A stretch of DNA of 63,896 nt, the filler included, from Reclinomonas americana ATCC 50394 (Eukaryota): assembly GCA_048213135.1 (NCBI GenBank). It is 17 parts of 17 records of this genome, joined end to end, with 100 filler letters (N's around TTAATTAATTAA, not from the genome) between each part and the next. Parts side by side here need not be neighbours in the genome. Positions count along the whole stretch, not along the records: positions 40,341 to 53,854 come from AFZH01020802.1; positions 53,955 to 55,102 come from AFZH01020805.1; positions 55,203 to 57,142 come from AFZH01020807.1; positions 57,243 to 58,346 come from AFZH01020810.1; positions 58,447 to 62,350 come from AFZH01020811.1; 12 more parts are not named here. One strand, written 5' to 3'. Numbering within the stretch: position 1 is the first letter of the stretch; every line of letters begins with the position of its first letter. Below the pieces are notes generated by a model that ran no database searches, was not told the DNA's origin, and worked only from the letters and a program-made list of their open reading frames with translations. A program made the position numbers and the translations under genes. Shown piece after piece: positions 48,552-60,085 of this stretch.

Positions 48552-49295
48552 GCTGGTGATGCATCATCACAACGTACCCGTCATCCATTGGTCGTTGAAA
48601 AAGCGAGAGTTGGGCCGACGAGCCCTCTCAGAGGGTGGCCGCATTGGAGGACGACTAGAGGAACCAGAGCCGCTCGCAAGCGAAGCTGAACCATCGGTGA
48701 TGTCCATTGCCGATCACGATTGATGAGCACGTGTGGTGTTGACCGTGCGCGGCACACGTGCACCACGCTGTGCGCGTTTGTGCGCCAAGTGGGTGAGAGA
48801 GCGTGTGTGTGAGAGTCTAAGTGTGTACTCCGTGCGTGACGAGAGCGACGGAGATCGAGAGAAAATGCAGAGTTTGATACTCAACTCCATGAAAAACACC
48901 GATTCAGCAAGCAGCGTCACGCACGTGCGCATGCTGCTTGCCTCACATTGCGTCGTTGGCACACGAGACGCTCCCCTGTGTCGCGGTTGTTGAGTCGTTG
49001 CAAGTCGACCGCCGATTCAATCGACGAAATCTGTAACACGCACACTCGCAATAGACCGCGCATCACACGCCTCACGTGACTAAGAAGCGTGTTGTGCCAT
49101 GCGCTACGCATTTGGCGTTCACATCGCCCGTGTGTGCGCAACATCCCGACTCGGCAACGAGTGCACATTTGTTTTTTCTGCTGTGAGAGAGAATGTCAGG
49201 CAGTCGTCACAAGAATCGTGGTTCAGCCATGGTTAAAGCGGTCGCCGCAAGCGGGCGTCACGCCAGCACTGCCGGCGATGACCGTGCCCGTGCGC

Positions 49296-51596
49296 ATGAC
49301 CAAGCAGCGGCCGCAGAGTGTGCGTGTTACACGTCCTTTTTTTGTTGCTGGCGACCAACTGCTCACACACTCCTCAGCGAAATCTCGCAGTCGCCGCCGT
49401 TCTAAAACAGCAGATTCTTCACCACCTCGGCGTTCACGCTCAGCATCTTCGCCCGGGCGCGATCGCCATCATGGGCACCGCGGCCGCCACTCAACGGCGA
49501 CGAAGAAGAGAGAGAAGGCTGACTCTGACGCAGACTCGTCGGTTTGCGAAGACAACCACTCGTCGGCGCCGGCTTGTTCACCGACGTCGGGTGTAGTTGG
49601 CTCACGGAAGCAGACACAGCAGCAGGTGCGTTGTGGTCGGGATAATCGAAATGAGCATGATTGTGTGGACAGAAGCACGCGCGGTCGCATAGAGAGTACA
49701 CGAGTGGGCACGCACGCATGTAGGCCCTCGCGAGACTAACTTGTTGTTGCCGCTTTGTCGCCACAGCACCACGAAGCGCCCTGCGACAACGGTCGACCTG
49801 GTCCCGGTTCTGGAATCGGTGAGGCAGCACGCTCAAGCGTGCCTCCGCCACCGCTGTCGTCGCTGCTGCCATCCAGTGCGACGATTCCTGCGGTGTCCCA
49901 GCTTCTGTCGCCCAACATGGTGACGACCGCCGGCACCCAGTGTTCGACTGCGCCATCTGCGTCAGCTTCGCTTTCCTCCACCGTCTCCGACACCGACATC
50001 ACCGCAGCAGCCGGCGCCACGACAACACGGCACAGCCCGATGAAACCACCAACGCCCTCGAATTTGACGCCAGATCCGGGAGCGTGCGCAGTGCCGTCAA
50101 CGACACATCTTGGCACACTCGTGCTCCCGTCACTGCCGGCGGCATTTCATCAACCGTCGACACTTTCCTCATCATTGGGCTCCCCGTCGTCCCCGGTGGT
50201 GGGGCAGCCTTCGTGGCAGAAGGAGCTGGTCTGCATATCCGGGTCCGCGTCCACGCTTTCGGGCGGCACTCCAAGTGCGAGCTCGATATCTGCCATGTCG
50301 TGCGGCAGCACGCCGGGGTCGGCAGCAAAAAGTTCCACCTGCCCACGACCAGCGCGTCCGCCGCCACGAGATGACACACCGCGGAAGTTGACTTACCCTG
50401 CCGACGCCTACGATTCGGAAAGCAGCGGTGAGTGGTGACTGCGCCGCAGACTGCCAGTTTGCATGATCTTTTTCTGATAGAGGCGACGACAGAGACTCGC
50501 GGTCGCGAGCCCACCGCCCGCCGCCGCCGTGGAGACAACGATGACCAGTCCGACATGCTTCGACAGATAATGGAGACGCTCCAAAACCTGGCCAAGGGTG
50601 AGTTCCTGTTACACGTGCAGGTCTATTCAGATCTGCTCCGTGAATTCTCATTCGCACCCACGCGCACAGTGCAATCGCGTACACAAGACAAGGGTGCCTC
50701 CAATCGAGCATCGCAATCTCGTTCTCGTGACCACGGTCGAGACAGTGATCGCCTGTCTCAGCGACGCCGTCGGAGCAAAAGCCGGAGCGCATTCGAGAAC
50801 ATGTCTAGCGGCGATTCAGTGACATCATCGTCGGAAGATCGCGAGAGGGTGAGTTGGATCGATGCTGCAAAAAGGGCACACGCACGCGCTGTCTCCGTAC
50901 TGATCGATCACATTCGTAAATCTCTGCAGGATTATGAACGCACTCGAGCGCGCGAGTCGGATAAGCATGATAGTCGCCGTCGTCGTCGTCGACGCCACTC
51001 GGTTGATGAGCGTTCAAATTCATCTGGCGCCGAACGCAGTGCCAGCACCGATGACAGCAGCGATGAGGATGCGCCGCCACGCAAGCGCCAAAAGCACGTG
51101 CAGGCCCGATCTCGGAACAACTCCGCGTCGTCGGTCGTGGAATCGTTCTCCAAGTCCAAGATGACGGTAAGTGGATGTGTGTCTGTGTTCTCGGCTCGAT
51201 CGTGTATTACTGAGCTTGCGATTGACACTTCGCATCCCGCACACACGCGCACAGGCTTATCTGGCGCAGGCGACCTTCACCGTTCTTGGAGAAGATCGCC
51301 TCATATCTGGCCTGCACGCTGAGGCCGATAAAGCAGATTCGACGGTGAACGACATGACCAACGTTCGTCGCAAGCTCGATGACAAGGTGCTGATGGCGCT
51401 GCTCCCATACGTTGGGTGCTCGGAGGACCAGCTGCTCAATGACGAGAAACTGAAGAATCGGGTCGAGGGCTTCCTCGACACTCGTCGGAAGCATGTTAGA
51501 ACGGAGATCCGTGAGGCGCGAAATCGTGGGGACTCTGAGCCCAACTTCACCAGTCTGGTTAAGAAGTGGCATCGCCAGACGGGCATTCGGCGTTAG
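49296..51596 (+). CDS. Transposon accessory protein B (Ser/Arg/Pro-rich, C-terminal BEN-like helical domain), divergent from the transposase
   Basis: A chain of GT-AG exons ends in AYLAQATFTVLGEDRLISGL...RRKLDDKVLMALLPYV...LKNRVEGFLDTRRKHVRTEIREARNRG...KKW. An NLS-like PPRKRQK is present. The start codon is uncertain. Confidence 0.7.
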
Positions 51597-51671
51597 AGGA
51601 GAGACAGCAAGACAGATGTTGGGCAGATCAATATGTATACGTATGAATGACAGAGAGAGAGAGAGAGAGAG

Positions 51672-53091
51672 AGAGACAATCGAAGAGACAGTTACAGGCA
51701 GACATAGCGACAGGGAGAGACAGTATGCATCGATTCGGAGTGTTGGGAATACGACGTTTACATGTATCAATATACACGCACAACACCCCGCGACACATCA
51801 TCTGCCTGCAGACAAGAATGAAACAACACGCCTGGCCGCTGAAGATCTCGGCTCCTGTCTTCGGAAACGGACACAGCGGAACGTTAACACCACGGCTTGC
51901 TTGTCATGCTTGGTCCACGGCGACACGTGCACGCATCAACAGGAAACGTGTGCATACATTCGATGGGCGGTGTGCAGTACGTATACAGTGCAGCACAGCC
52001 ACTCTACTGCTCCCTCCCAAGCACGCTCTCTCTCTCTCTCTCACACACGCGTAGTACACGGCGCGCAAACACGCGCATCACATACATGCAGCCACTCTCT
52101 CTCGCTCTTGTGTCACACACAAACACACACACACACGCAAGCTCCTCCCCTTTCTCTCGCTCTCTCACTCCTTCTCGCACTCGCCCAGGCACTCGTTCAG
52201 GCACTCGCTCCTGCCTTGCTGCAACGACAACAAGACAGCCAATATAATGTACACAATTGCACACGAAGCGCACGCTCTCTCTCTCTCTGCACGTGCGAAT
52301 CAGCTCCCAGCGCACACACTGCTGCACAGACAACAAGACGCACCACGCAACGGGCAACAACCCTCGCGGGAGCACGTCGGTGCAAGAGAGTAAAGCAAGT
52401 GAATTTTCAAGATTCCCGTCGCTCTTCTCCACTTGCGTCGTCTCCGCGCGCTCGTCTTCGTGTGTGTGCGTGCGCTTGTGTTGTGTGTCGCTCGAGTGTG
52501 CCAGAGTAAGTTCTTCTGTGCATGTGTGTGTGAGGTTGTCCATGCACTGCAGCACTGGGTGCCGACATCCGTCATCTCACGCACTCGACACTCGCGGTGG
52601 CCTGTGCCGCACTGAGAGGCCGTATGGATCATCAGGGTACGCGTGAGATGCCACACACACGCATCGCAGCAGTGCGTGTACAGTGGAGTAGAAGAGCATA
52701 GACTTTGCTTGTTTGTTTGCAGACACCATCAGCAGTCACGCGCACCGAGTGACAGCTGCAGAGAGTGAGTGTGTGTGAGAGAGAGAGAGAGAGCGAGTGG
52801 CGGCCCGCCCACCCACCCACATCCACACAGGATAGTGCGAGAGAGACGCAGAGAGAGAGAGAGGCTGATGCATGTGTCCTTGCAACCGTGCTGCTGATGA
52901 TGCTCTCAATGAAGGCTGTGACTGTGAGCGCTTCGTGCACCCAAGTCAGCATGGCTGACGTCTGAGTGGGAGAGACGACCAGAGAGTCAGTTCGACTCAG
53001 CGAGAGTGAGAGACATGGGTTCGGAGTGTTGGGAATGCGATAATTAGCAGTGTACACTGCACAACACCGCGCGACACATCATCAGCCTGCA
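51672..53091. repeat. Diverged direct repeat pair (~51672-51810 and ~52971-53091) inside the transposon right arm
   Basis: Both copies share the blocks TTCGGAGTGTTGGGAAT and GCACAACACC.CGCGACACATCATC.GCCTGCA, starting at 51734 and 53020. Confidence 0.85.
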
Positions 53092-53220
53092 AACCGCTCT
53101 CTTCTCTCACCGGATGCATGAAGAACGTCCACCAACTGCCGGTCCCAAAAGGCTGCGATCGTGCAGAAATGCGCGGAAAACGACGGAAAACCTGCCCGAC
53201 AGTGCGGAATCCGAGGTTTG

Positions 53221-53244
53221 CTGGGTCGCGGTCTTCCGGGGTCC
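53221..53244 (-). repeat. Right terminal inverted repeat
   Basis: CTGGGTCGCGGTCTTCCGGGGTCC is the reverse complement of the left TIR. Confidence 0.95.
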
Positions 53245-54361
53245 ACATGTACATGGGGGAGAAAGACTGCCATCACGGTTCCTCCTCCGATGAGGCAGCT
53301 CAACCTCCTCCCCCATGCACACTAACGACGCAAGCGGCTGACTCACGGCCAAGTATCGCTCCGAACTGCCGTGTGAGTGTGTCTCTTTCGGCGACAGACA
53401 AGAGGGGGCTCTGGCGCCTAAAAAAGGTCGCCACCCAACAATGTCGCCTATTCCCCCAAACAACGACCCGTGCCCCGCAGAGCATCGTTCACGCCACGCT
53501 GCCACTCAGCTCTACGCAAGCTTACGGTCAGCGACACAGCTAATCCAACAAAGGTAGCGCCGTTGTACACAGCTCAATGTCCCACACTCAGTCCAACAGC
53601 GTGATATTTGCGGTCACATCACCGTCAGCCCAAGTCACGCGCGACACATGGTTCATCACTACCCTGTCGGGCTTGACCGCGCTCGGACACACCATCGTAA
53701 AGACGTTGCCGGTGGACTTCTCCACAGCATAGTCAAGCGAGCCACGCCGCCCGAACACGGTGAACACCCACTTGCTCAAGAAAACACATCCCTCGCACAC
53801 CAGCCAAGTACGGCGGCCCTCATCGACCTCACTGCCGTCCCCCCACTCGCGTCCNNNNNNNNNNNNNNNNNNNNNNNNNNNNNNNNNNNNNNNNNNNNTT
53901 AATTAATTAANNNNNNNNNNNNNNNNNNNNNNNNNNNNNNNNNNNNNNNNNNNNTTGCCCCTGCGGGAAGTCGCAGAATTAGCCTGCCACGGCTACTTGG
54001 TAACATCCATGTTTAGCACGATCTTTCACGATAGCACGCGCATAAGCGCAGTCCAAGCCCGTTGTAAACGGTTTAGCCTCAGACTAAAGTGAGATACTTC
54101 GCGGACTTGGTTTTTAGTCTTGTTCTATCCAGTGTAAGACCGAGGATAAACCAAGGCAAAAGAAGACTATTCATTTAGTTCACTTTGAGCTCACAAGCAG
54201 AATTAGCCTGACACAGTCTATTGTGCAGAAGCTCAGTCTAGATCAGCTGTGCTACTTGGCGATGCAGCCTTTTGTGGGGAAGCTCTGTTTAGGTCGGCTA
54301 AAAGACTTAGCGAAAAAAGGACGCATCCATCGTCAACAAGTACGGTGCAGAAGGGCTCTGA

Positions 54362-54400
<39 letters not shown>

Positions 54401-55679
54401 TCTCTCTCTCTCTCTGTCCCTCTCTCTCTGTGTGTGTCTCTCTCAATGACTGCCAAACCAGTCTGCACACTTCTTCTCCATCGCTTTTACGCACATGTGC
54501 GACATCCCACTCGTACCTTGCTGAACCACAGAGCCTCGCAAAGCACCTGGTGCCACTGAGAGCGCCCGGGTGTGTGTGATGACGTCATCTCTGCGTCAAG
54601 CGCTGCTGCACACGGCAGCCACAAACACACACACGCGCACACACACAAGGATTTGCTCTGGCACACCCAAGCGACACACAGCCACAGACACACAGCGCGG
54701 TGAGACAACTCGAGCTCAGCGTCGGCGGGAAAATTCAATGATTACGTCACTCTTTTCTGCACATTCTCGAGCGAAGGTTGTGCGTCTTGGTTGTGCGTCT
54801 TGCTTGCTGTGTTGCAGTGTGTGGCACCGGACGCGACACGCACAGAGAGCGCGTGCGGTGTGCGTGGTGCATTTGCTTTTTGGTGTGTGTTTTCTTCTCG
54901 CGCGCGCGCACATCTCGCACATGTCGCACTGTCTTTCACACACACCACACACACGCACGCACATTGACAGGCGAGCACATGTGTTATCGATTCCATGGCC
55001 GTGCTTTTGTCGCTGATGGTAAGTTCTCTCTCGCTGTGGCGAGGCATGATTTGCGACATCGTCTGATTCTCTCTCCCGCTCTCTCTCTCTCTCTCTCTCT
55101 CTNNNNNNNNNNNNNNNNNNNNNNNNNNNNNNNNNNNNNNNNNNNNTTAATTAATTAANNNNNNNNNNNNNNNNNNNNNNNNNNNNNNNNNNNNNNNNNN
55201 NNAGCATACGAGTGTTGCCGTGCATGAACGAGAAGGGGCTGGCGGTGTGTGAATTCATTTGCATTGGCGGGACAAGCGGGACACCGAAGTTGCTCACTCC
55301 AAGTGCCTAGGGTGGCGTGTTTCCACTATTCTTCCATAGCCATCTGTGCGAAATAGTCTCCTGATGGTATTACGCGGTTCTCCGTGCTTATGTGACTGAT
55401 TTATCGTTCTCTTAGACTCCAAATACGGTTTAGACGCTCATCTAAGCTGCAAATCAATGACTTTGCTGAGCGATTCGGCGCTCTTTTTCTTGTTCGAGTG
55501 GTAGGATAAGCCGGATAAGCGCAGGTTTGGGCGAGGGCTGGACCAGTGACCACTATGCTGCATGGGGAGAGTGCCTTCTCGGTCAAATGAGCCTCGTTTC
55601 GAGTATTGAAAAATCGAAGAGTTCACTGGATCGACTGTGGATATCGCGTTTCTTATCTGTGCTCAATCAGGTGGGCGGC

Positions 55680-57100
55680 CTTCTCTCGCTCTCTCTCTCA
55701 CTTACTGATTCACTCTTGCTCGCTCATTTACTTCCTCTTACTTTCTCACTTTCACTCACTCATGATCAAGCTCTCATGATCACTCTCTAGCTCGCTCTCT
55801 CTTGCTATCTCTCTCTCTCAGTCTCACTCTCTCTCTCACTCTCTATCGCTCTCTCGTTCTCCCTCACTCTCACTCGATCCCACCCACTCACTCTCACTCA
55901 CTCCCACACTCATCTCTCTCACTCACTCCCACTCTCGCTCTCGCTCTCTAGATCATTCTCTCGCTTTCTCGCTCTCTCACTCACTCTCACTCGCTCTCAC
56001 TCTCGCTTACTCACTCAAACTCACACTCACTCTTTCACAATCACTCTCTCTCTCATGATCACTCACTCGAGCTCACTCCCACACTCATCTCTCACATGTA
56101 CATGTACACTCACTCCCACTCTCTCTCGCTCTCGCTCTCTCTCTCTTGCTCTCTCCCGCTCTCTCTCGCGATCGCTCTCGCTCTCTATCGCTCTCTCTCG
56201 CTCTCTCTCACTGTCTCTAACTCTCCCTCTCTCTCGCTCTCTCTTTCTAGATCTGTCTCCCTCCCACTCTCTCTCTCTCTCGCTTTTTCTCACTCTCACT
56301 TGCTCTCTCACTCATCTCTCACGCTCACTCCCACTCTCTCTCGCTCTCTCTCGCTCTCTCTCACAGCTGTCTCTCACTGTCTCTCACTCTCCCTCTCTCT
56401 CGCTCTCTCTAGATCTTTCTGTCTTTCTGTCTCTCTCGCTCTATCTGTCTTTCTGTCTCTCTTGCTCTCTCTATCTGTCTTTCTGTCTCTCTCCCACTCT
56501 CTCTCTCTCTCGCTTTTTCTCACTCTCACTCGCTCTCTCACTCATCTCTCACACTCACTCTCACTCGCTCTCACTCTCGCTCACTCACTCAAACTCACAC
56601 TCACTCTTTCACAATCACTCTCTCTCTCATGTGACTCGAGCTCGAGCTCACTCCCACACTCATCTCTCACACTCTTTCCCACTCTCTCTCGCTCTCGCTT
56701 TCTCTCTCTCGCTCTCTCTCTCGCTTTCCCTCACTCTCTCTCGCTCTCTCTCGCTCTCTCTCGCTCTCTCTCGCTCTCTCTCGCTCTCTCTCGCTCTCTC
56801 TCGCTCTCCCTTTTGTCTTTCTGTCTCTCTTATGGTCACTCTCTCACTCTCTCTCTCGCTCTGTCACGCACTCTCACTCTCTTTCGCTCTCTTTTCGTCT
56901 CTCTCTCGCTCTCTCTCGCTCTCTCTCTCTCTCTCGCTCTCCTTCCTTTCACTCTCACTTCACTCTCGCTCTCGCTCATGCGCACTCCCTCCCACTCACT
57001 CCCTCTCCCTCGCTCGAGCTTATTCTCTCTGCTCGCTCAGCTGCTCACAACGCATCTCGTTTGCAGTCTCTCTCCTTCTCACGCATGGCTACCCACAGTC
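55680..57100. repeat. Long degenerate (CT/CTCA/CTCG)n low-complexity tract with an internal duplication
   Basis: Pyrimidine-rich tract. The block CTCACTCAAACTCACACTCACTCTTTCACAATCACTCTCTCTCTCATG occurs near 56010 and near 56585. Confidence 0.9.
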
Positions 57101-57741
57101 ACTTATGATCACTCCGCTTCACACAATCACTCCGGATCCGTTNNNNNNNNNNNNNNNNNNNNNNNNNNNNNNNNNNNNNNNNNNNNTTAATTAATTAANN
57201 NNNNNNNNNNNNNNNNNNNNNNNNNNNNNNNNNNNNNNNNNNGAAGGGGAAGAGAAGGGGAAGAGCATGGGGGAAGAGCATGAGGGGGGAGGATGGGGAA
57301 GAGCATGGGGGAAAGAGCATGGGGGAAAGAGCATGGGGGAAAGAGCAAAGGGGAAGAAGGAGGGGAAAGAGCGAAGGGGAAGGAGGGGAAAGAGAGGAGA
57401 AGAGATGAGCAAGAGATGAATAAGTGGGGAAGCCCGAAAGGGGGAAGCGAAGAGGGAAGCGAAGGGGGAAGCAAAGGGGGAAGAGAAGGGGGAAGAGAAG
57501 GGGGAAGCAAAGGGGGAAGAGAAGGAAGCGGAGAGCGAGGGAAGAGATGAGCAACAGTGAATAAAGAGTGGGGAAGCCCGAAAGGGGGAGACCAAGGGGG
57601 AAGACCGAGAGTGAAAGAGAAGGGGGACGAGCAAAGGGGGAAGAGAAAGGGGGAAGAAGAAGAGGGAGGAGCAAAGGGGGAGGAGAAAGAGGAAGGGGAG
57701 AGAGAGAGCTTCGAAAGCCTCTCCCAACAAACGCAACAGAC

Positions 57742-58311
57742 GTGCACGGCGACGACGGCTTGATATCTGTGTGCCGGGTTGGCGGTGCCGTCAACATCGA
57801 CACACAAGAAGCGCCGTCCACCATCACGGTCGTTGGCAGTAGAGAAAACAATCGTCACGCTGCCGGGAATCGAGGGGACTGGCGTGATGCTCGTAATGAG
57901 CGTCGACGCAGTAGCACTGGTGCAACTGGCGTCGGCGAACATGGCAAGAGAGGAAACTCCAGCGGTGAAGGCGGAGGGGGCAAAGGCAAAGTCCACAGCT
58001 TGATTTGCGACGCCCGCCTTGATGGCAATCTCCGCCGGCGCGAATCCTGCACAGCGATCGCGATGAGCACACACAGATGGTGGTACAGAGAGCGAACTTA
58101 AATAGCGAAGTACATGAAGAGCAACTAAGAGAGTGCGAAAACAACAGTTTGCAAAAAAGAGCGCGAAAGGACAGAAGATGCCGTTACAAAACAAACAAAA
58201 AACGAGGAGACACTCACCGCTCTGGATCGCAGCAGCGCCAGCGCAGAGACTGATGAAGAGGAGCAACAGTGGAACCGCCCATGAGGGGCGCTGAGTGGCG
58301 GTCATCATCAT
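57742..58311 (-). CDS. Secreted/surface protein, first two exons (partial)
   Basis: Signal peptide MMMTATQRPSWAVPLLLLFISLCAGAAA|gtgagt, then a beta-rich exon GFAPAEIAIKAGVANQAVDF...FLCVDVDG...YQAVVAVH. Confidence 0.65.
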
Positions 58312-58568
58312 ATTGTCTGCGTGGAGGAGAGAGTGCAGACAAGTTANNNNNNNNNNNNNNNNNNNNNNNNNNNNNNNNNNNNNNNNNNNNTTAATTAATT
58401 AANNNNNNNNNNNNNNNNNNNNNNNNNNNNNNNNNNNNNNNNNNNNCTGCACCCCAGCACCCCTGCGCTGCGTGCCCCCCTCCAAAAGGCCGCAAAACCC
58501 AAAGCAGCTCAAAGCGGACAGATCGCACTGCCACGTCATCGCCGTTGTATCACTGCTCAATCACAAAG

Positions 58569-59923
58569 ATGGCGAGTGCAGGCGACGTTGGCAAGGCCGT
58601 GTCTGGTCGACCGGGCTACGCAGGCTACATTCCGCAAGGCCGAGTTCCGCCACCACCGGTTCGCATTTGCACTCTCATCTGTGTGTGTGTGTGTGTTCAC
58701 GTGTTCCGATGAGTGAAAGGTTGCGTGCGAGTGGAGAGGCAGAGTGGCAGCTGTAGCGCGGAGACCGTGCATGTGGAGAGAATTCAGGAACGAGAGAGGA
58801 AGAGAGCGTGTGTGTGAGAAAAGAGCCTCTCTTTGTGTATAACTGACACGTGCCTCTCCTGACACAGGTGAAGACCGGCACTGCTGAGCGGCTTCCGCTG
58901 GTGGACCGCACCGAGAGCCACCAGCGTGCGTACAGTGCAGTGGAAGAGCGCGATCTGAGCAAGTCATGGGGCTCGCCACTGATGCGCCTCCGCGGACAAA
59001 CCACGGTGCACGACTCAATGTTCCGCGCCACCACGGCCGCCAGCGCGCCTCGCCCTCCACCTCGCATCCACTCGCCCCCACCTCCTCCTTCGGATGCACC
59101 ACCTGCAGCGCGGTTTGTTGCCTCGTCGACGCACAAGAGCGACTTTTCGTGGCGAGAGAACCCTGTCGCCAATCGCACACAAGTCATGTTGCGTCGCCCC
59201 CTTGGTCCGTGGTTTGAGGAGGTTGTTTGTTTACATGGCGATTCGTACATTAGCAATGTGAACACGACGCGGACGGCGGCGGAGATGATGCAGTTTGCGT
59301 TGCCGGGTGGGGAGAGCAAGTCGACGACGCAACGCGATTTTGGAGTGCATGGGCATCGGCCAGCGGCGACGCTGCTGGAGAATCCGCTGTCGATTACGCA
59401 AAAGAGCACGGTGAAGGAGTTGATGCGGGGTACGGCCAAGGATGTCGGTGTGACGCCGGGCGCCACCATTCATGTGCCGAGCACCGAGGCCAACATGGAG
59501 AAGGTGTTGGGTGGGTCGGCGTCGGGCGCCGATCCGCATCACTCGCACAAGAAGGATCACTTGGTGTACAGCGCGACGAGTGGCATGCCGGGCTACTCGG
59601 GCCACGTGCCGCGCTCGGTGATGAACCCGGCCAAGCCGGTGAATGAGCGCGCACCAAGCTCACGGTCCAGCTACGGAGCGTCGTATCGTGCGCACTCGGT
59701 TGGCCGCATGGAGCGATTCGGCCATCACAACGCCATGAATGCCGGCTTCTTCACCGGGCCCTCAAATCCGTCCAACACGGAGAAGTACTACGTCAAGGGC
59801 GCAGGTGTGGGCAGACCAATGGAGGGTGTGTGGCGGATCGGCTTCCCCGAGGAGCGGCAGTACACGTCGGATCGCGAGCTGCGACGACAACACATTTATA
59901 CGTTGCGTCGTGCGGGCGCGTGA
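58569..59923 (+). CDS. PGY-motif protein, probably a ciliary/axonemal microtubule inner protein
   Basis: Two exons (58569-58658 and 58868-59923) with motifs RPGYAGYIP, TPGATIHVP and MPGYSGHVP, plus STHKSDF/STTQRDF-type motifs typical of microtubule inner proteins. Confidence 0.6.
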
Positions 59924-60085
59924 AATCGCGCGTAAAGAGATTGCTGACTGTCTCTCGTGCGCACACAGAAACTATTGAGGCGACGATGTGAGACGTAACA
60001 GGGACAGCAGCCGCAGCGTGCGCAGATATTATTTCATGTCGGTGTATAAGTGTAGGAAGGCGACGACAATACTGTGCATTTCTCC

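Larger units (their letters stand above)
39079..53244. mobile_element. CMC (CACTA/EnSpm-like) DNA transposon, ~14 kb, with perfect 24-bp TIRs
   Basis: GGACCCCGGAAGACCGCGACCCAG at 39079-39102 has its exact reverse complement at 53221-53244. The element encloses a CMC-type transposase and subterminal GCGGAATCC-like motifs. Confidence 0.9.

Noticed and set aside
56055..57194. Long ORFs of 364-379 aa (likewise 390-1112, 2397-3395 and other SL/RE/CV-rich ORFs)
   Set aside because: They are translations of stop-poor microsatellite tracts.
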